A stretch of 64,000 nt of DNA, from contig NMRA01000224.1 of NCBI GenBank assembly GCA_002633005.1, forward strand, positions 528,281 to 592,280, in the 5' to 3' direction. This document shows positions 9,712-24,700 of the stretch, piece after piece. Below the pieces are notes generated by a model. The model had not been told where the DNA came from. It did not search any database and saw nothing but the letters and a program-made list of their open reading frames with translations. Position 1 is the stretch's first letter. Each line of letters starts with the position of its first letter. The stretch comes from Phoronis australis. Taxonomy: Eukaryota; Animalia; Phoronida. A program made the position numbers and the translations under genes.

Positions 9712-12700
9712 GTAAGAAGGTTCTTTGATTTAGTCACTTTTCTCTGATTGTATGGTGAAGACTAGAAACGGTAAAGGAGCAAAACTAAGGAGTTTCAGTT
9801 TGAGCGACTGTCGAACCTAATTTGACCGGAATTTCGCTTTGAAACCTTGCCCAGGGCTCTAATCTTTTTACTCGAAATAGAATTCGAAATTATGTTTGCA
9901 TTTTGTACTCTACTTTTGTGCGATTTCAGTGTCTATTATTCTATGCTCGAGTAAATAATGACTTACGTGGACAATTTATTAGTCCTAGTTTAGAGTTGAT
10001 AAACACAGCATTAAGGTTAAAAGTTCGAGTTACTTTGAACTCGAAATTCCGAGGTTTTACTCGAGATTGTAGCACAAATATAAAGGTCATCAAGTGCAAA
10101 CTTGGATTAGAAACTCATATGCATAAACTATAATGTATTCGAGCACAGTCTGATAACCACTTATCTTGAGTTCGCACAAAAGGAGCAGAGAAATTGCAAA
10201 AATAATTTCGAGTTCGTTTCGCATACAAAGATTGGAGACCGGGCCCTTGTTAGAGGACTAGAGGAGAAAGTGTATTTAGACGTATTTCATTGGTTGTGAA
10301 TGATACCGTTACTGTAGACGGTTTTTGTCGGTTTGGCATGTTTCACTATTAACCGTAAATGGTGTCGCGAACTTTATCTGTCGCAATTTATGAATACAGC
10401 AGTGCGGGCTCAATTTACGAAAACGCAACCGATTCGAGCAATAGTTATTTTCAAAAAATATCTGTCAACTGCTCGTCACGTCGTCTATTTTTCTCCCACA
10501 AAGAAAACCCAATGCTCCTTATTTGAACACACAGACGTACCGCTTTTCTCTTATGCGGAAAATGTGACCTTTGACCTTTAATTTAAGCAAAACGGCGATT
10601 TCAAGCGGTAGCCAGTACGATTTCTTTGAATGCATGCACACGTGTATAGTGTTAGGGGGCGTTGAATTTGAAAACTGTATTGGGATGAAGGAGTTTGTAT
10701 TTCGTATCAGTTTCAAAACTTGTGAATCTAATTTTTGTTCTAAAATTTCTTGCAGTATTCAAAGTTAATAACTCTCACATGACCATCCCCGAGAAATAGT
10801 TTCGCCAAGATCGGTTTAAAAGGAATTTAATTTTTACGAGTTGTCGCTCTCCATGATTGTTCCCTAACTTCACAACAGAGGGAGAAATGTTTGGCCCAAG
10901 TCTCCAGGGAGCTGATGTTATTGCAAAAATTATTGCCTCGATCTTTATTTCCATTCAATCTCTTTTCTCTGCCGGCAAAAATATTGGTTATGGTAAATTG
11001 TATCTCCCAAGAGTTTTACGTTGCCAGTAGAACAAAGTCGTTTATTGATGTGTCGCCCATCGTTGAGCATTGCAAAGCATGTTTAAGTCTATGTCGAGGA
11101 CCTTAGTGCTGATCAGTAACAGGTTTCGTGAATCAAACTTTAGATCAAGTCCTTTGTTCTTTTGTCTTTTAAGTTTTGTCTGCGGAGTGTAATATGACTT
11201 GGTAAACTGGGCTGCTAACATCAACTGCCTGATATTCAGCTGTTGAGTGGGCTACGAAACAGTTTTGTTTATATAACATGGTGAGGGCAATTGGGATATT
11301 AATGTTTCTTTCTGTTGTCTTGTGAGTAAGATTTTAATTTTGTTCAATTAGAAAACGGACAATCGCTGCACAAATCAAAAAAGTTCCTGTTAACTCTACG
11401 TTTCGTCTATTTATAAGACAGCATCAGGATATTTACAGTAGGACAACAAGTGTCGATTACCTTTCCTATCACATGGATGACGAAACGTTGAGTTAACATG
11501 AACTTTTTCATAGTGTGCGGCGATTGTCCGTTTTCTAATCGTACTTTGGCCAGAAAAATTATGTATGATGTATTTTGTTCAGGAGCACGCGCATGAACTG
11601 GACGACAATGATGAAATGTAGTTTCAACGCTTTGTTTATAAGTGAAGTTGCTCTAACTAAAGTTTGTTCTAAGTGCAAAATATGTTATTGACTACCATGT
11701 ACCTCTATGACGAGATCAATCGAGCGTGTACTTAAAAATTGCAACCCAGTTTTTCGTTGATTTAAAACTTGTTTGACAAAAAGGATGCCAAACCGGGTTT
11801 CGGCCTATTAACGGTACTAAAAATGACTTCTCTAAAATGAAATATTTTGCTATGTAACCCTTGACAACCTTCAAAAGTTTAGAGGAAAATTTGAAAACCC
11901 CTTTCAAAGTCTGATAAACGGGCAAGCTCGACCTAAGCTTTTAGCGAATTACACGGAAAAGACCACCTAACAAGGACCAATATCTCCAAGTTGTAAGATA
12001 GGCATGGGCGGCGCACTGTAGGGGACGGGGGAGGCTATAACCCCCCTCCCCACCCACTTTTTTCAGTCCTGCGACGCCCACAGTCTATGGGCGGTGCACC
12101 ACAGGGGGCTGGGGGCTATGACCCCCATTTTTTCAGTGCTGCGCCGCCCATGATAGGGGTATGCGTACCTGGTTGGTTTCTGCTTTTATCTTTCAAGAAT
12201 GACACCAATGATGCATTAGTAAGTGACAGAACGAAGATTGGTTAAAAACATCAAAATAGGGTTAAGTGTCCTTTTAAATGATACATTACCCCCACTCTGC
12301 CTTGTTAACAACCCTGTTTCGTGAACATCAGTGTGCAACTGCTGAAACGATTTGATCTGACCCCATATAATTAGTACCATGCAGAAGCTTGTGAGGGCGA
12401 CACGAGTGTAAACCGAAACGTTACCATGATAATGGCCGTGAACCTGCCGACCGTCTTCTCGAAACAAACGATACTTCTTCAATTTGAAGCCGCGAAAAAT
12501 CTTGAAAAGTTTGTAATAAGTGAACAAAACATGTAATAACGCTATACAAAATCCGCCGTTATCACAAAAAGACATTGCGCACACAGAAATCCACTTTTAC
12601 AATAATTTCAAATTTTGAATAATTATTTGACTCGGAAGGAACCTCTTTACCCAATTTTTTCTCTCTTTGCCCATCTAAATCGACCATGTGTCAGTCACTC

Positions 12701-15700
12701 CCCTCCAGAAATTACGCCCTTGTTTTTATACATAAATACATATATACATTCATTCACACGCCCTCACGACACACGCACGCGCACGCACACACAAAACACA
12801 CACGCATTGTACATAATGCATGTGCAGTGTGTATGTAGATATGTGTATGTATGTATGTGTGCATGTATGCACCACGTAAATGTACAAGAGAGTTTATACA
12901 ATGTAGTCTGCCAATTAAAGGGCATTGCGTAACTGTAGTTGGGAGCTGTTTAACCGCTGAAAAACGCAGTGAATGCGCTTACTGCTGTAGGTAACACATG
13001 TACACATGAACGTGTTTGACCTAATTTAAAACTAACATTTGCTCAATAATTCAGGTCACTGGAGCTAATAGAGGAATTGGCTACGAAGTTGTCAAACAAT
13101 TGTGTGAGGTGAGAAAGGGATGGAAGATATACTTAACAGGTGAATATTTGCAATTACTTCGTTTTTACAAGACATTGCCGGTTTTACGTCTGAAAAAAAC
13201 GCATTTCGGGGAGTATTGATGGATTACTAGTTTTCCTTTCATTTCCAACTTTGAACAAAACAACAAAATACGTTGCGTGTTTGTGATTTTATTACAAACC
13301 GATAATTCTTGCAGTTGTTTCCCAGACATTCGTTGAAATCAAGTCAGCTTCTTTACCATTTGAATACAGTTCAAAGCTTTGTTACTAAACATGCGGGATT
13401 TGGCTCTGCGCCAAAGCGTTCAGTTACTATTTCGGAAATAGTGGAAAATTACTTTTCTCATCAAGAATGTCGCTTGAAAGCGTTGAAATTCAGCGTTATT
13501 GCTCTGTGTGGAGCTTATTGAGGAGTCCTTCCACGGGACCACGTTATTATGTATGCGCATGGAGACACTAGAGCAGTTCAAAAGGAGGCGTTGAACAATT
13601 CTCACTGGGTTTTGCCTGGCAGTGTCACGTCACTGAACTAACCTGAACCTTCCAGTGCACTTGATTGTACGTAGTGCGATGCTCTAATTATTCATATGGG
13701 TGTACTGCAGTCATCGCTGTACAGTAAAAGCTTGAATCCGGAAATCGTTGATAGAACACGCTTGAAGGAGGATTCAGATTAACACGTTGGCGTCCCCTAC
13801 TAATTACAGTGTAGGTTTGTCCTCTCAATTTCCGGGCGTGGTGGTTCGAAATTACAAGTTTCCTTCTTGATCAGCGTCTAAAAATAATGCAATTTTAATT
13901 GTAGAATAAGTCGCCTGAAAGCCGAGGAAACACATTCACGGATGTAGCACTTCAAGCCTTCACTCGGTACATAGGCTCAAAATTAAACTAATCCGTTAGT
14001 CGCTTAATATCACTTCCAGGTAATAGTTAGCATTTGACCCGCTTCAAACCTGCATCAGCCGTCTAATAAATGCTACTGATGCAGGTTTGAAACGGGTCAA
14101 ACGCTTCTGAGATGTAGCAATGAATTTATTTCAATATATTTTAGCTCTACATATCACGTCGGATCTGTATTGCTCGCAAAAGATTCAAATTCAAGCGTTG
14201 AGCTGGTCGTACAGCGCGCAAAATAGTGTTACTGAAACGCGAAGCTCGCAAAGGCATGCCAAAATATTGCAACCGTTGTATTGTATTTTGATTTTGCTCT
14301 TGTTTGTGTTGAAGCTCGAGGTGCAATGAAGGGTGCGGAGGCTGTGTCTAAGCTGACGGAACAAGGTTTCCAAGTTCAATTCCACCAAATAGACGTAGAC
14401 TCTGATGAGAGTGTACAGAGAGCGGCTGATTACTTTAAGACAACCTACGGTGGCGTCGACATTATTGTCAGCAACGCTGGTATTAGCGGCGAAGGGGTAA
14501 ACATCAGACTTCAAAAATCGACTACTATAAGGTTTTAGCATTTACTGAAAAATTCATGCTTTTGTTTAGTGGTATTTTAGCTGTAATTAATGAGGTAGAT
14601 AATTTTTCACCACCTTACGTGCTATTACCCTCATTACGGCTGGGATATCTGCAGCGGCAGTGGGCAGCGGTCAGCCAAGCAGAATAAATTAAACCAAACA
14701 GTGAACTTGAAACAAAAGAACGTGCACCAGTGCATGTATACCTCAAGTGCGTGGCTGCTTTGTTTGTAAAAAGAATGCATCACAGGATCTTCTCTGTTTG
14801 CTTGTTCAAGGACTTGTGGGATCTGTTCAATGCTGCGTTTCGTAATGCCTTTTCTTACTTTAATTGGTGTTTATCACCATGTACATGTAACTACATGGCA
14901 CTAAAATCTAAAATCCACTAGGGCTGTGAGCATCGCTACCGTCTTATCTTGCGTTACGGAGCGAATCCGAGGTCGTCAAGCAGGGCTAACTAGTGTTTTT
15001 ACTACTAATGTTTATGCTTATTCGTTTGTTCCAGATTACCCCGCTTCACAAGGAGGTAGAAATGAACATAAACACGAATTACTACGGGACACTGCGACTG
15101 ATTCGTAGCTTCATTCCAATAATGCGGCCAAATTCAACGTACGTAGATTTATGCAGAAGGCTAAGCTTACGGGATCGAGGTCGAAAACTGACTCTCCAAA
15201 ATCACGAACTCTTGCGGAATGTCGCGAGATGTCGCCTTTCGTTATTGAACGCAACCCAGATATCAATCTCGTACGTTGTTGAGCGTCTCTGTGCCTTGTA
15301 CCGCAATTCGTATAGATATTAAAACCGTTTATCAATGGTACATAGCAGAGATCCGAAACCTGGCACATTTACATGTAGATTGGGTATTTGAATCGCATTA
15401 TTTCGAGAAAAGGTGTTCCTTATCACTGGCGGATTTAGAGGGGGGCCAAGGGGTCCATGCCCCCCTAAAATTCTCCCAGATTCCATTAGGCAGTTCGGGG
15501 GTGCGATTGTCTGACGGGCAAAATCCTGCCTAATGCTCTGCCCTGCACCCCCCCCCCAACTCAAAATCCTGGATCCGCCCCTGCTTATCCAAGTTTTTAC
15601 GAGAACTTTAATTTAGTTCGTAAGCCAAATATCTAGAAAATCACAAGATTTAGTTCGTAGTATATCAGTTTATTTTGACCAGTGCTTTTTTCTCGTGAAT

Positions 15701-18700
15701 CCATTGTTAATGCGACTCCAGATCAAACTACATGATAGACAGGCTTCGAAGTTTGATTGCTCGAATTTTATAATTCTATTGACGGGCTTACCGAAGGTAG
15801 CGTAAACAGAACTAACCCACGCAACGTCCAGCCATCTGCAGAATTCCAGCTGCCTACGTGTAAATGTGAACTCCGCTGACTGATGGCCTCCTCAGTACGT
15901 CTGGCCTCACGGCGCCAAACGCGATATCAATACGCCAAAGGCGACGTTAGGCTACATAAGCTATGTTAAACTTATTTATTTATTATTTATTAATGTAATA
16001 TTTACAATGAGGGTAGCCCCATCAGTTCACACTGTTTTCCATGGGGTACACCACCGTTCGAAATGTAGGTTTAACTTTTTCACCCCCGTGGTGAAATTAG
16101 AGCTTAGAAGTCAGTATGCAGTCTAACGTAAAATTATGTGTCACAGCGTGAGTGATCGGAAGGGTATTTAGCAAAAACCAAAATGTTTCGAAAAAGAACA
16201 ACTTAAGCGTCAAAAGGTTGCATGTATGCATTTTCCAATATTTTCTGAATTGTCACATACCCATGTTTTTTCTGTCAACTACGAAGGCTATGAATTGGAG
16301 ACCATTTCAAAACGGCAATGATGGCCTTAAAAGTACGGTAATTTGCAAGGTTAGCCTCGTATTCATACCATAAACTGACCAGAAACATAAACAAAACGTT
16401 TTACATCATTCCAATGAAACCTGTAGTACCATTATAATCAAAAATTCTTTCACCAGCCCCACCTGTGGAAAGGAAGCTCTATTGGTGAATAAGCTGAACG
16501 TGTCTGTGTCCAGACAACCACACAATTTTCATATGAAGCGAAACATATTTTTTAAAGCTAGAGAAAACAGTTACATTAAAACGGGACTGTAGAAAAATAA
16601 TGCAGCAGTTAACCGGCTCTAACATACAAATGTAACTCACAGTTGACCGAGATGCGCGCCACACAAAAGCTGATTCACACTTATTGTCAAAAGACTGAAA
16701 TCCTGACAGCGATCGCTGATTGGCTGATATGTCAGTGTTGACTGGTGGGGCCTCGATTGCCTATCACATAGGGCTGTGTCTTTGCGAAGAGCTTACATCG
16801 TATTTTATCATTGTATCAGACGCTCTTATTTTTTAGTGTTTGCCACAGTGCCTTTTTGTGTGACTCCTGGTTGTTTGAACTCTTCGTAAAACATTCATGG
16901 CAGACGCCTTTCGAGCATCCGGGTTTTGTCGGAGTCTCCCGAAGCAATTCCGAAGCTCTGTTTTAGCGCGCTCACGAATGTTATTTGAGTGCCCTACACA
17001 TAATTTAGCATCAGTTTGAATGTAGTTAAACTCTGGTTATGAAAAACAACGTTGTTCATAATTGAAGTACCAGTGGTGCTGGCTAGAAGCGCTGGCCTAC
17101 TGCAAAATCCGGCAATTGCCGATGGGTGATTTACCGCGACTAAAGACTTGCGGTAAAACATCGGAAATCTCCGCCAAAATCCGAGCTTTCGTTGTGCTTC
17201 AACAAAGAAGAGCACATAATGTCAAGATCGAACACAAAATACGCCCGTTATTGCAACTGAATTGTAGGTTAAGTGTTAAAATGAGCTACATTGTATAAGG
17301 AGAAACACACTACACAGAAATGAAAGGATTTTTTAGAAACCCCAATCATTTAAAATAGGGATAAATTTCTTGACTTTTTTATAGGGGTTGGTTGCTCAAA
17401 CTCGAAATTTTATCTTCGACAGGCGTACAAGTACGTTTCTTTTATTTGGTAACGAGTCATGGAGAAATTCGAGTGCCTGTGGGTAAAAATGGACAAGTAA
17501 AATCTTACTCCAAATTAATATCATTAAATTTACCCTCTTCCTTGAGTAAACTAGCATATTTACCGGTGCTGGAAAAAATAGCGTTCTGCCGTTAATCGGC
17601 TGCTTCTAAAGTTATGATGCGTTCTTTTGAGTGGGCTTATGGCGATTACTAATACGTCACCCGACTTTGACCAGGTCCACCCCCCCCCCCCCCCNGATTA
17701 TTCGATGCCGGAACAAGGTGGCGTGCATATCACAACAAATTATCGCAACTTGTTTCAAATTTTTACTATTTTACTACCAACAAATCGAACAAACCTTGCT
17801 GCTTGCTGCTGCGAAGCTGTCATCATCTCTCGAAAGACGTCACATTTTTTAGAAAATGGCGCTTTGAAAACGGACGACAGACTTTTCTTTGTTACAATGC
17901 TATTAAAATGACGTTTATTTGATTGTTTTCTACCTAAACGGCTGCAACGAACAAGGTGAGTGTCAATTGAATCTTGCATACACTCCCGCCCGTCGTTAGC
18001 TCCATTTGCTGACGTACAAGTTTCACCACGAGGTGACGAGCATAACTACCCAGGTAGGCAACGGGCTGTGTGCAGTGAAATTTTTGGGTCACACAGAGCT
18101 CAACACAGAGTGGTACAAGAGTCTTCATACTGCTATAGTCGGTAACTAAGCAACCCTTAAGAAGTTTACAGAGCTGAGTATTGGCTGGCAGCTAGCTACA
18201 TGTACCTGGCTAGATTTCGCAAAGCCCAGGGTCACACCAGTGTAAATTGTTGATACGGGTTGGTTGCACGGGCATATTTCCTGACGATGATGACGACTGG
18301 GTATCACTACGACTAGGTATCACTGCGTGTTGCTTTGTCTCAAATAGGTATGCCTGGTGACCCGACATTTCACACTAAATTTTCTTATTCCGACAATTTG
18401 AAGAATGCCACTTAACTGCGCCCTAAAATAGGACACTGAATTTACCCCCACCGAATACGTCACGAGAAGCAGCGCTTCAAGTGGGTGTTTTTTATTTTCG
18501 TTAGTAAATATAACTTCACTTTTTGCTGTTGATTTATTTGTGGAATTATTAAACAACTCATAGAAAACTATGCAAAATATATTCGGAATGAAATACAATT
18601 CCCTTTTAAAAACCAAAAAAGACGATGAAAAATTTCATATTTGAGCATGTTATTTGCCATACAATGTAGGATGAGTTTAAATAAGAAAAATGTCTCGCAG

Positions 18701-21700
18701 AATGTTAAAGGTAGTGCTATCAATTAAATAATTTACGCTGGTCTTTAATTGAGGGAAAATATGCATTATTTACAAATCTCAATCTCTTGGAAAACTTAAA
18801 AAACTAACGTCTCTTTCGCTTCCGTGTACCCTTCTCATGGCTAGGCTTTCGCCAAGGTGTCCAGCTGAATCTAGAGGGCGATTGTTGTGGGCCGTTCACC
18901 TGCGGAAAGTGAAGAGTTCTGATGAAACTATAGCATTGATGCGTGAACTGGCTTACTGAACCGAATGTCGTGCTTACAAAGCTTTACCTAGTTATTGACC
19001 ACTCTCATGCAGGCGCTACGCATGCCCAACTCGGAACCGTGGTCTCGTGTGTTCCAGGGGCTATTCTTAACATGCGAAGTGGGCAAAAAGGTACGCCTCA
19101 GAGAAACAAAACGTCCGAGAAAACGAAACAAAAGTCCACTAAAATGGAGCAGACATTTCACAGTTCTGAAGGTGATACCCCTTTTTAGTCCACCCGATTT
19201 TTTGTCAGCAAAACGTCCACGTCGTCAGGAATTCGAGCTCCCCATATTGAAGGCTGAATGCGCGTATGCTTAACTTTTGCATAACCTATTTCGCTTCTGA
19301 CTTTCTTGTTATAAACAGCTCTCTAGGTTTGCATACTTAGTGTGCTATCATTGAACACATTTTAGTTCGCGTTGATTAATTTCTGGAAGCATGTCAGTGA
19401 GATTGCGTTTTGGGTTCAAAATGAAACCCAGCCGTTAAATATTACAAACATCACCTAGTCTTCATTTTATGTTTTTCAGCATGATACTGGTCACGAGTGG
19501 CGCTGCTTATTACTTTTACGATTCGTGTTCAAGTGAAACCAGACAACAGTTCAAACACCTTAAGACAGTCCATGAACTCAACAATCTGCTGGACTTGTAC
19601 CAAAGGCAAGTAACGCCGATTATTCATGCAAGAACACTGTAGGCTGCGGAAGTATTGAAAATATATGATCTAAAATCTGAAGGATGTCTGTTCAGTTGTC
19701 TACAAATGGCGACCTAAAGAGTTCTAAACAAGAGCATATCTTTTCTGTCGTAACATATGTCACATTAGTATGACGTCAAAGTGTACCTGGCATATTATTT
19801 CTGTCAAGTGGGTATTATCAGGGGCGGATCCAGGATTTTGAGTTTGGGTGGGCTAGGTCAAAGTATTAGCCATGATTTTCCCGCCAGACATTCGCATCCC
19901 TGAACTGCCAAATCTGGGAGAATTTTAGGGTGGGGGACATGGCCCCCTTGCCCCCCCCCNCCCCCCCCCCCCCCTAAATCCGTCACTGATTATAATATCG
20001 GCATATTAATCGGTGTGATTTGAAAAAATATAGTCGTGAGAGATGTCAACGCGGGACGGGGTGTAAGACGTAGGTGACAAATTAATCAATAAAATAAGAG
20101 AAACATGAGCGCCATTATTTGTTATGGAAAATATTTTGCAGAGATGTAACAGAGAAGGGCTTAGACAGTTCGAATTGGCCTGTCGGCACTGTTGACCCCA
20201 CGTCCAACATGCCGACCCATGGTTACGGTATTGCAAAACTTGCGGTGATATTGCTGGGGAGGATTGTTCAAAGTCGATTGAACGAGGAGTCTAACAGGAA
20301 CATCAGTGTTGGAATAGTAAGTTGGGCTTTTCTGACTGTATTCTTGTTGTGCGCAATGCGATTGACAACCGGTTTTCAGGGTTTACTAACTTGTGCAGAA
20401 TTAGACTACGCGTCTTTCTCTAAAGGGCAACTATGCTTTCTGTTTGCTGTTGGATGAAAACCGTGATTAATTCTGATCTCTCATTTATTACGTAACAACC
20501 CCTAATTAGCTCAGCGAGATTTGCTGCTAAATTATTTCGCTAACAATAACGCTGGCGCCCTCTGTATAGGGTTAGTGTTAACTAGATCGCAATTACCATC
20601 AAAGGTCCTATCAGCTTGCCCAAGATCTTATTCCGGATTTCTAAACTACGATGCTGTAAGCCACTTCTGAAGCCAATTGTTCATAATGTGACAGTTCTTT
20701 TGCACTTAAAAATGCTGCGGGACACAGTTCTTCGTAATGCAACACGAGTCGGTAGTATCTTACTACCTACAATGCACCATGCTGGCTACAGTTCCTCATA
20801 ATGCAACATGTGACGGTAGTGTCCCAGCACCGCAGTGCACAAATGCCAATGGACTTCTTGTAAATTGACCTTTGACCTGGCAAGATTGAAGAATCTCAAA
20901 TGGTATGGTATCCCGGTGCAATTCATGAGTACACGGAAGCTGATCTCTCTACCTTCATTGGCTAATTCAAAATAAATTTGTTACACAATATGTACATAAA
21001 GAAATGTGTTTGACAAAAACCACACGATTTTGTCTAATCAGGTCAGTGGTTGTTATTTTGAACTATCATGAGGTCGTGTACCCGTGTCATGGTAAGGGTC
21101 CAGAAGGTAGTAACAAACTGCCATAAACAACTTTTCAATAAACAAGTTGGTAGCCAGAAATTTTCCACAGGTGGGTCAAACTAATTTACTGAATAACAAT
21201 TGATCATGTTTTTTGTTTGCCACACACACACCCACGCACACGAATATCATCTAAATTGTCAAGTCATGTTGGTTGCAGATAAGTAATAAGGGTTTCACAA
21301 AAAAACACTTTGATGGTGTGGTATTCATGTATTTATTAGCATGCCATCATGATACGGGTGATACTCGAACTTTGTATAACTAGCGATCGTCTGGTCTATA
21401 GACTAATTATACATAAAATACTTTATATCGACTTAGTAGCCTCAAAATTACACCTGAAATATGACATCGAATAAAAATACTTTAATTTAAAAGATGACAA
21501 ACCAGGCTTTGTCATAACAACAGATATTAAAAATGACATTCCCATTCAATTCCCTGAAACTAAATAATGCTCTATAACCCTCGACAACCCTAAAAAGTTT
21601 GGGGGAAAACTTGAGAACTTCTTTCGAAGTCTGCAAAGCGGGCCTGCGTGACTTGCGCTTTTACAAGTTGCAAAGCAACGATGGAGAAAGCCCACCCACC

Positions 21701-24700
21701 AAGAACCGTAATACCCAATCTGAGAAATAAACAGCCGATTTCATAAAGGTGGTTTAAGTTAAACCAGGTTTAAACTGGACTTAGACCAGGTTTAATGATA
21801 ATCTGCATTTCATAAAGGGGGTTTAACTTTTAGACCAGTGGTTTGTAAAACCTGGTTTAACTCCAGTTTAGACCTGGTCTAAGTCAGTTTTCATTTCACC
21901 AACAAGGTTTATATTCTTTTGACCTGTATTAAGATCTTAAACCATGTTTAACTTTAGACTTGGTCAGACCCAGGTTTAACTGTTAAATATTTCAGACTTG
22001 CATGGTATACATGTAAGTACAACTGAACGATGCCGCGGTGTGCAATTGCGACGCAGTTTTAGAGCGAAAATGGACTATTTTCATTATTCTACGACACGAG
22101 ATCAAACGTAGCATTGGCGGATCCAGGATTTTTTAAAAGAGAGGGGACGGTCAAGGACTTTTTGAAAGGGGGACCAAGTCAACAATTTGAAAATTATAGA
22201 TTTGATATCATTAAAATCAAGGGAAAAAGGGGGCTCCGGACCCCTTGACCCCCTGGATCCGCCTATGCGTAGACCAGTACGTGCTGGAGTGTGTCCTGCG
22301 GATTCCTCAGAATACGACTGGTCGAGCAGATCTCATCGTCGCAAGCCCTACGGATTTGACTTAAGACAGCATCCTCTGATTCTTCTGACTGAGTTCCACC
22401 TCCACTGTTCTCCGATTCAATGTTGCCGGGAAGGGGTCTTACCCCCCCCCCTTTGGCCGCGAAAAATAAAAACTAAAATGACACGGAAATAAATTTGGGC
22501 ATTTATCATGTTACATCTAATCGTGAGCATGTTCTTTAATGTGTGTGCGTTGGGCACACAAATTACATTTTTCCTCATGAGAAAAGCTTTTAGACCTTTG
22601 TCGTAAATGTCTGCACTGATTCTACTGGTGTATGCCATTCTAAACCCACGTGATCAAGGTTTCATTGAATCACTTCAATAGTTTCTTTGTTGGGTTCACC
22701 CAGCTCGACACAGTGGGGTGCTTTTCATACTTTAAACCAGGGCCCGGTCTCTAATCTTTGTACTCGAAACGAACTCGAAACTATTTTTGGCAATTTTTCT
22801 GCTCCTTTTGTGCGAACTTAAGATAATTGGTTATCAGACTGTGCTCGAATACATTATAGTTTATGCATAGGAGTTTCTAGTTCAAGTTTGCCCTTGAAGA
22901 CCCTTATATTCGTGCTACAAACTCGAGTAAAATCTCGAACTTTCGAGTTCAAACTCGAACTTATTGCTTTAATATTGGGTTTACAAACTGTGAACTAAGG
23001 GCAATAAATTATCTACGTAAGTTGTTGTGTACTCGAGCATAGAATAATAGACACTTATCTTGATTTCGCCCAAAAGTAGAGTAGAAAATGCCAAACCTAA
23101 TTTCGAGTTCCATTTCGAGTAAAAAGATTGGAGACCGGGCCCTGGTTCTACTGAACCAACTCCCTGGTCTAGCAAAACCGGGCTTTCAGACTCTTAAACC
23201 ATATTGGTGAAATGCAAGTTAGGTCTAAAATTAGACCAGGTTTAGGAAGACCAGTCTTAAACCTGGTTTTGTTAAACCACCTTTATGAAATCGGCTGAAG
23301 GAGTATAAGTTTTTAGTCAATTCCTGCTTTTATCATTCAAGACTGGCGCCAATGATGCATTAGCAGGTGACAGAACGCGGATTGTCAGAAATCCTCAAAA
23401 CAAAGTTTAATTTCCTTTTTAAGGTTAAAGCGAGTTGCGCAATTAGACTAAGATTCTCTTAATTTCGTGCCACAAAATTCTCACGGAGTTTCATTCCACA
23501 GACAAATTCAAAGAATACAACAGCTCCATAAGACGCAAGTGTGTCCTCAACATTCAGTCGCGTCTTGTTTACAACATTTTTTGTATAAACAATGTACAAA
23601 TATTTGAACTCTCTAACATAAGGAGGTAACAAGTGTTTGCGTCTAAGAACGTAAATTTAACTTTGTTGCGTGGGGAATACCAGCAAAGCATTATTCCATG
23701 TGGGGAGACGAAACAATTGAATAATTGTACAAATCATAAAACTTGATTTATTTATAGAGAAAGAGTTTACGCACTTTGACCTGAAAGGCCCAATCTTCAC
23801 CTTAATTACACTTTTCCGTAGCAGAAATTTGAAAGCTTATATCTTTAAATACCTCCAGGGTCAGGAATTTGTTTTCAAATTCCAAAAAAGTTCTTCACAA
23901 CATTTATGTTTGCCTCAACTACTGAAAGAGAAATTCGTATCGTCAATCAAAATATTTTTGTTGTTCGTCATTATTTTGTTTTCGATTGTCATGTCATTAT
24001 GTAAGTAGAAAATAATTTCTTGTTGTTGTGTCTGAAAAATATTCCCACATTGTTCTTAACTGGTTTGCCAGTCCACTTGAAGTAGCAAGTCGGATCAGGA
24101 CACTCTCTCTGCCGGTCTAGGTACAGTATAACCGCACTTTTTAATATTTAGCAGTTGGCCTGACAGTAACCCTGTATGTTTTTAAAATCTTAGATAATTT
24201 TTAACAGAATTCGTATCTTGTAGAATTATGTTGTATCATCTGCATGCAGGGTATCCGAAAGCCGCGTATGCTTGCATTCTCTAACCGTAATCAAACCTTG
24301 AATATTTATCAAATCCTGCCTAGTGTCAACTCCAGTCAAAATCGGTAAAAACAAAGATTTAGCGTCTTTAAAAACTTGCTACGCTAATATGACTGAAGGA
24401 TGTTTTTGGTCACGGCCCAAACTAACTGTTGACTAATTGCCTACAATTGGGCACGGGTGTATGCCTAAGCAAAGCTACAAATAATTGAAACGACTCTAGA
24501 TTGTGCAAATTACCACAAATTAGTCAGTAGTTGTCCGATTACCACGGAGTTGGTAAGGACAATTAGCAGCAAATTGTGCAAAGTACTACAAATTGTAGTT
24601 GGCCGATTGCCATCAACTTGTTATAGGTAACTAAGTAGCAAATTGTGCAAAATACTACAACTAAGTTACGGTGGCATAACGAAAATTGACAGCAAACAAT

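Larger units (their letters stand above)
21732..23297. mobile_element. Harbinger-like MITE with AACCAGGTTT-type subterminal repeats
   Basis: 26-bp perfect TIR CAGCCGATTTCATAAAGGTGGTTTAA / TTAAACCACCTTTATGAAATCGGCTG. Confidence 0.8.
21487..23422. mobile_element. MITE family X copy 2, split by nested insertions
   Basis: Both halves align with the 11778-12277 copy. Confidence 0.65.

Noticed and set aside
12950-12995. Alternative first exon of the CBR-like gene (NALTAV G|GT)
   Set aside because: No in-frame ATG and the donor phase does not fit exon 2
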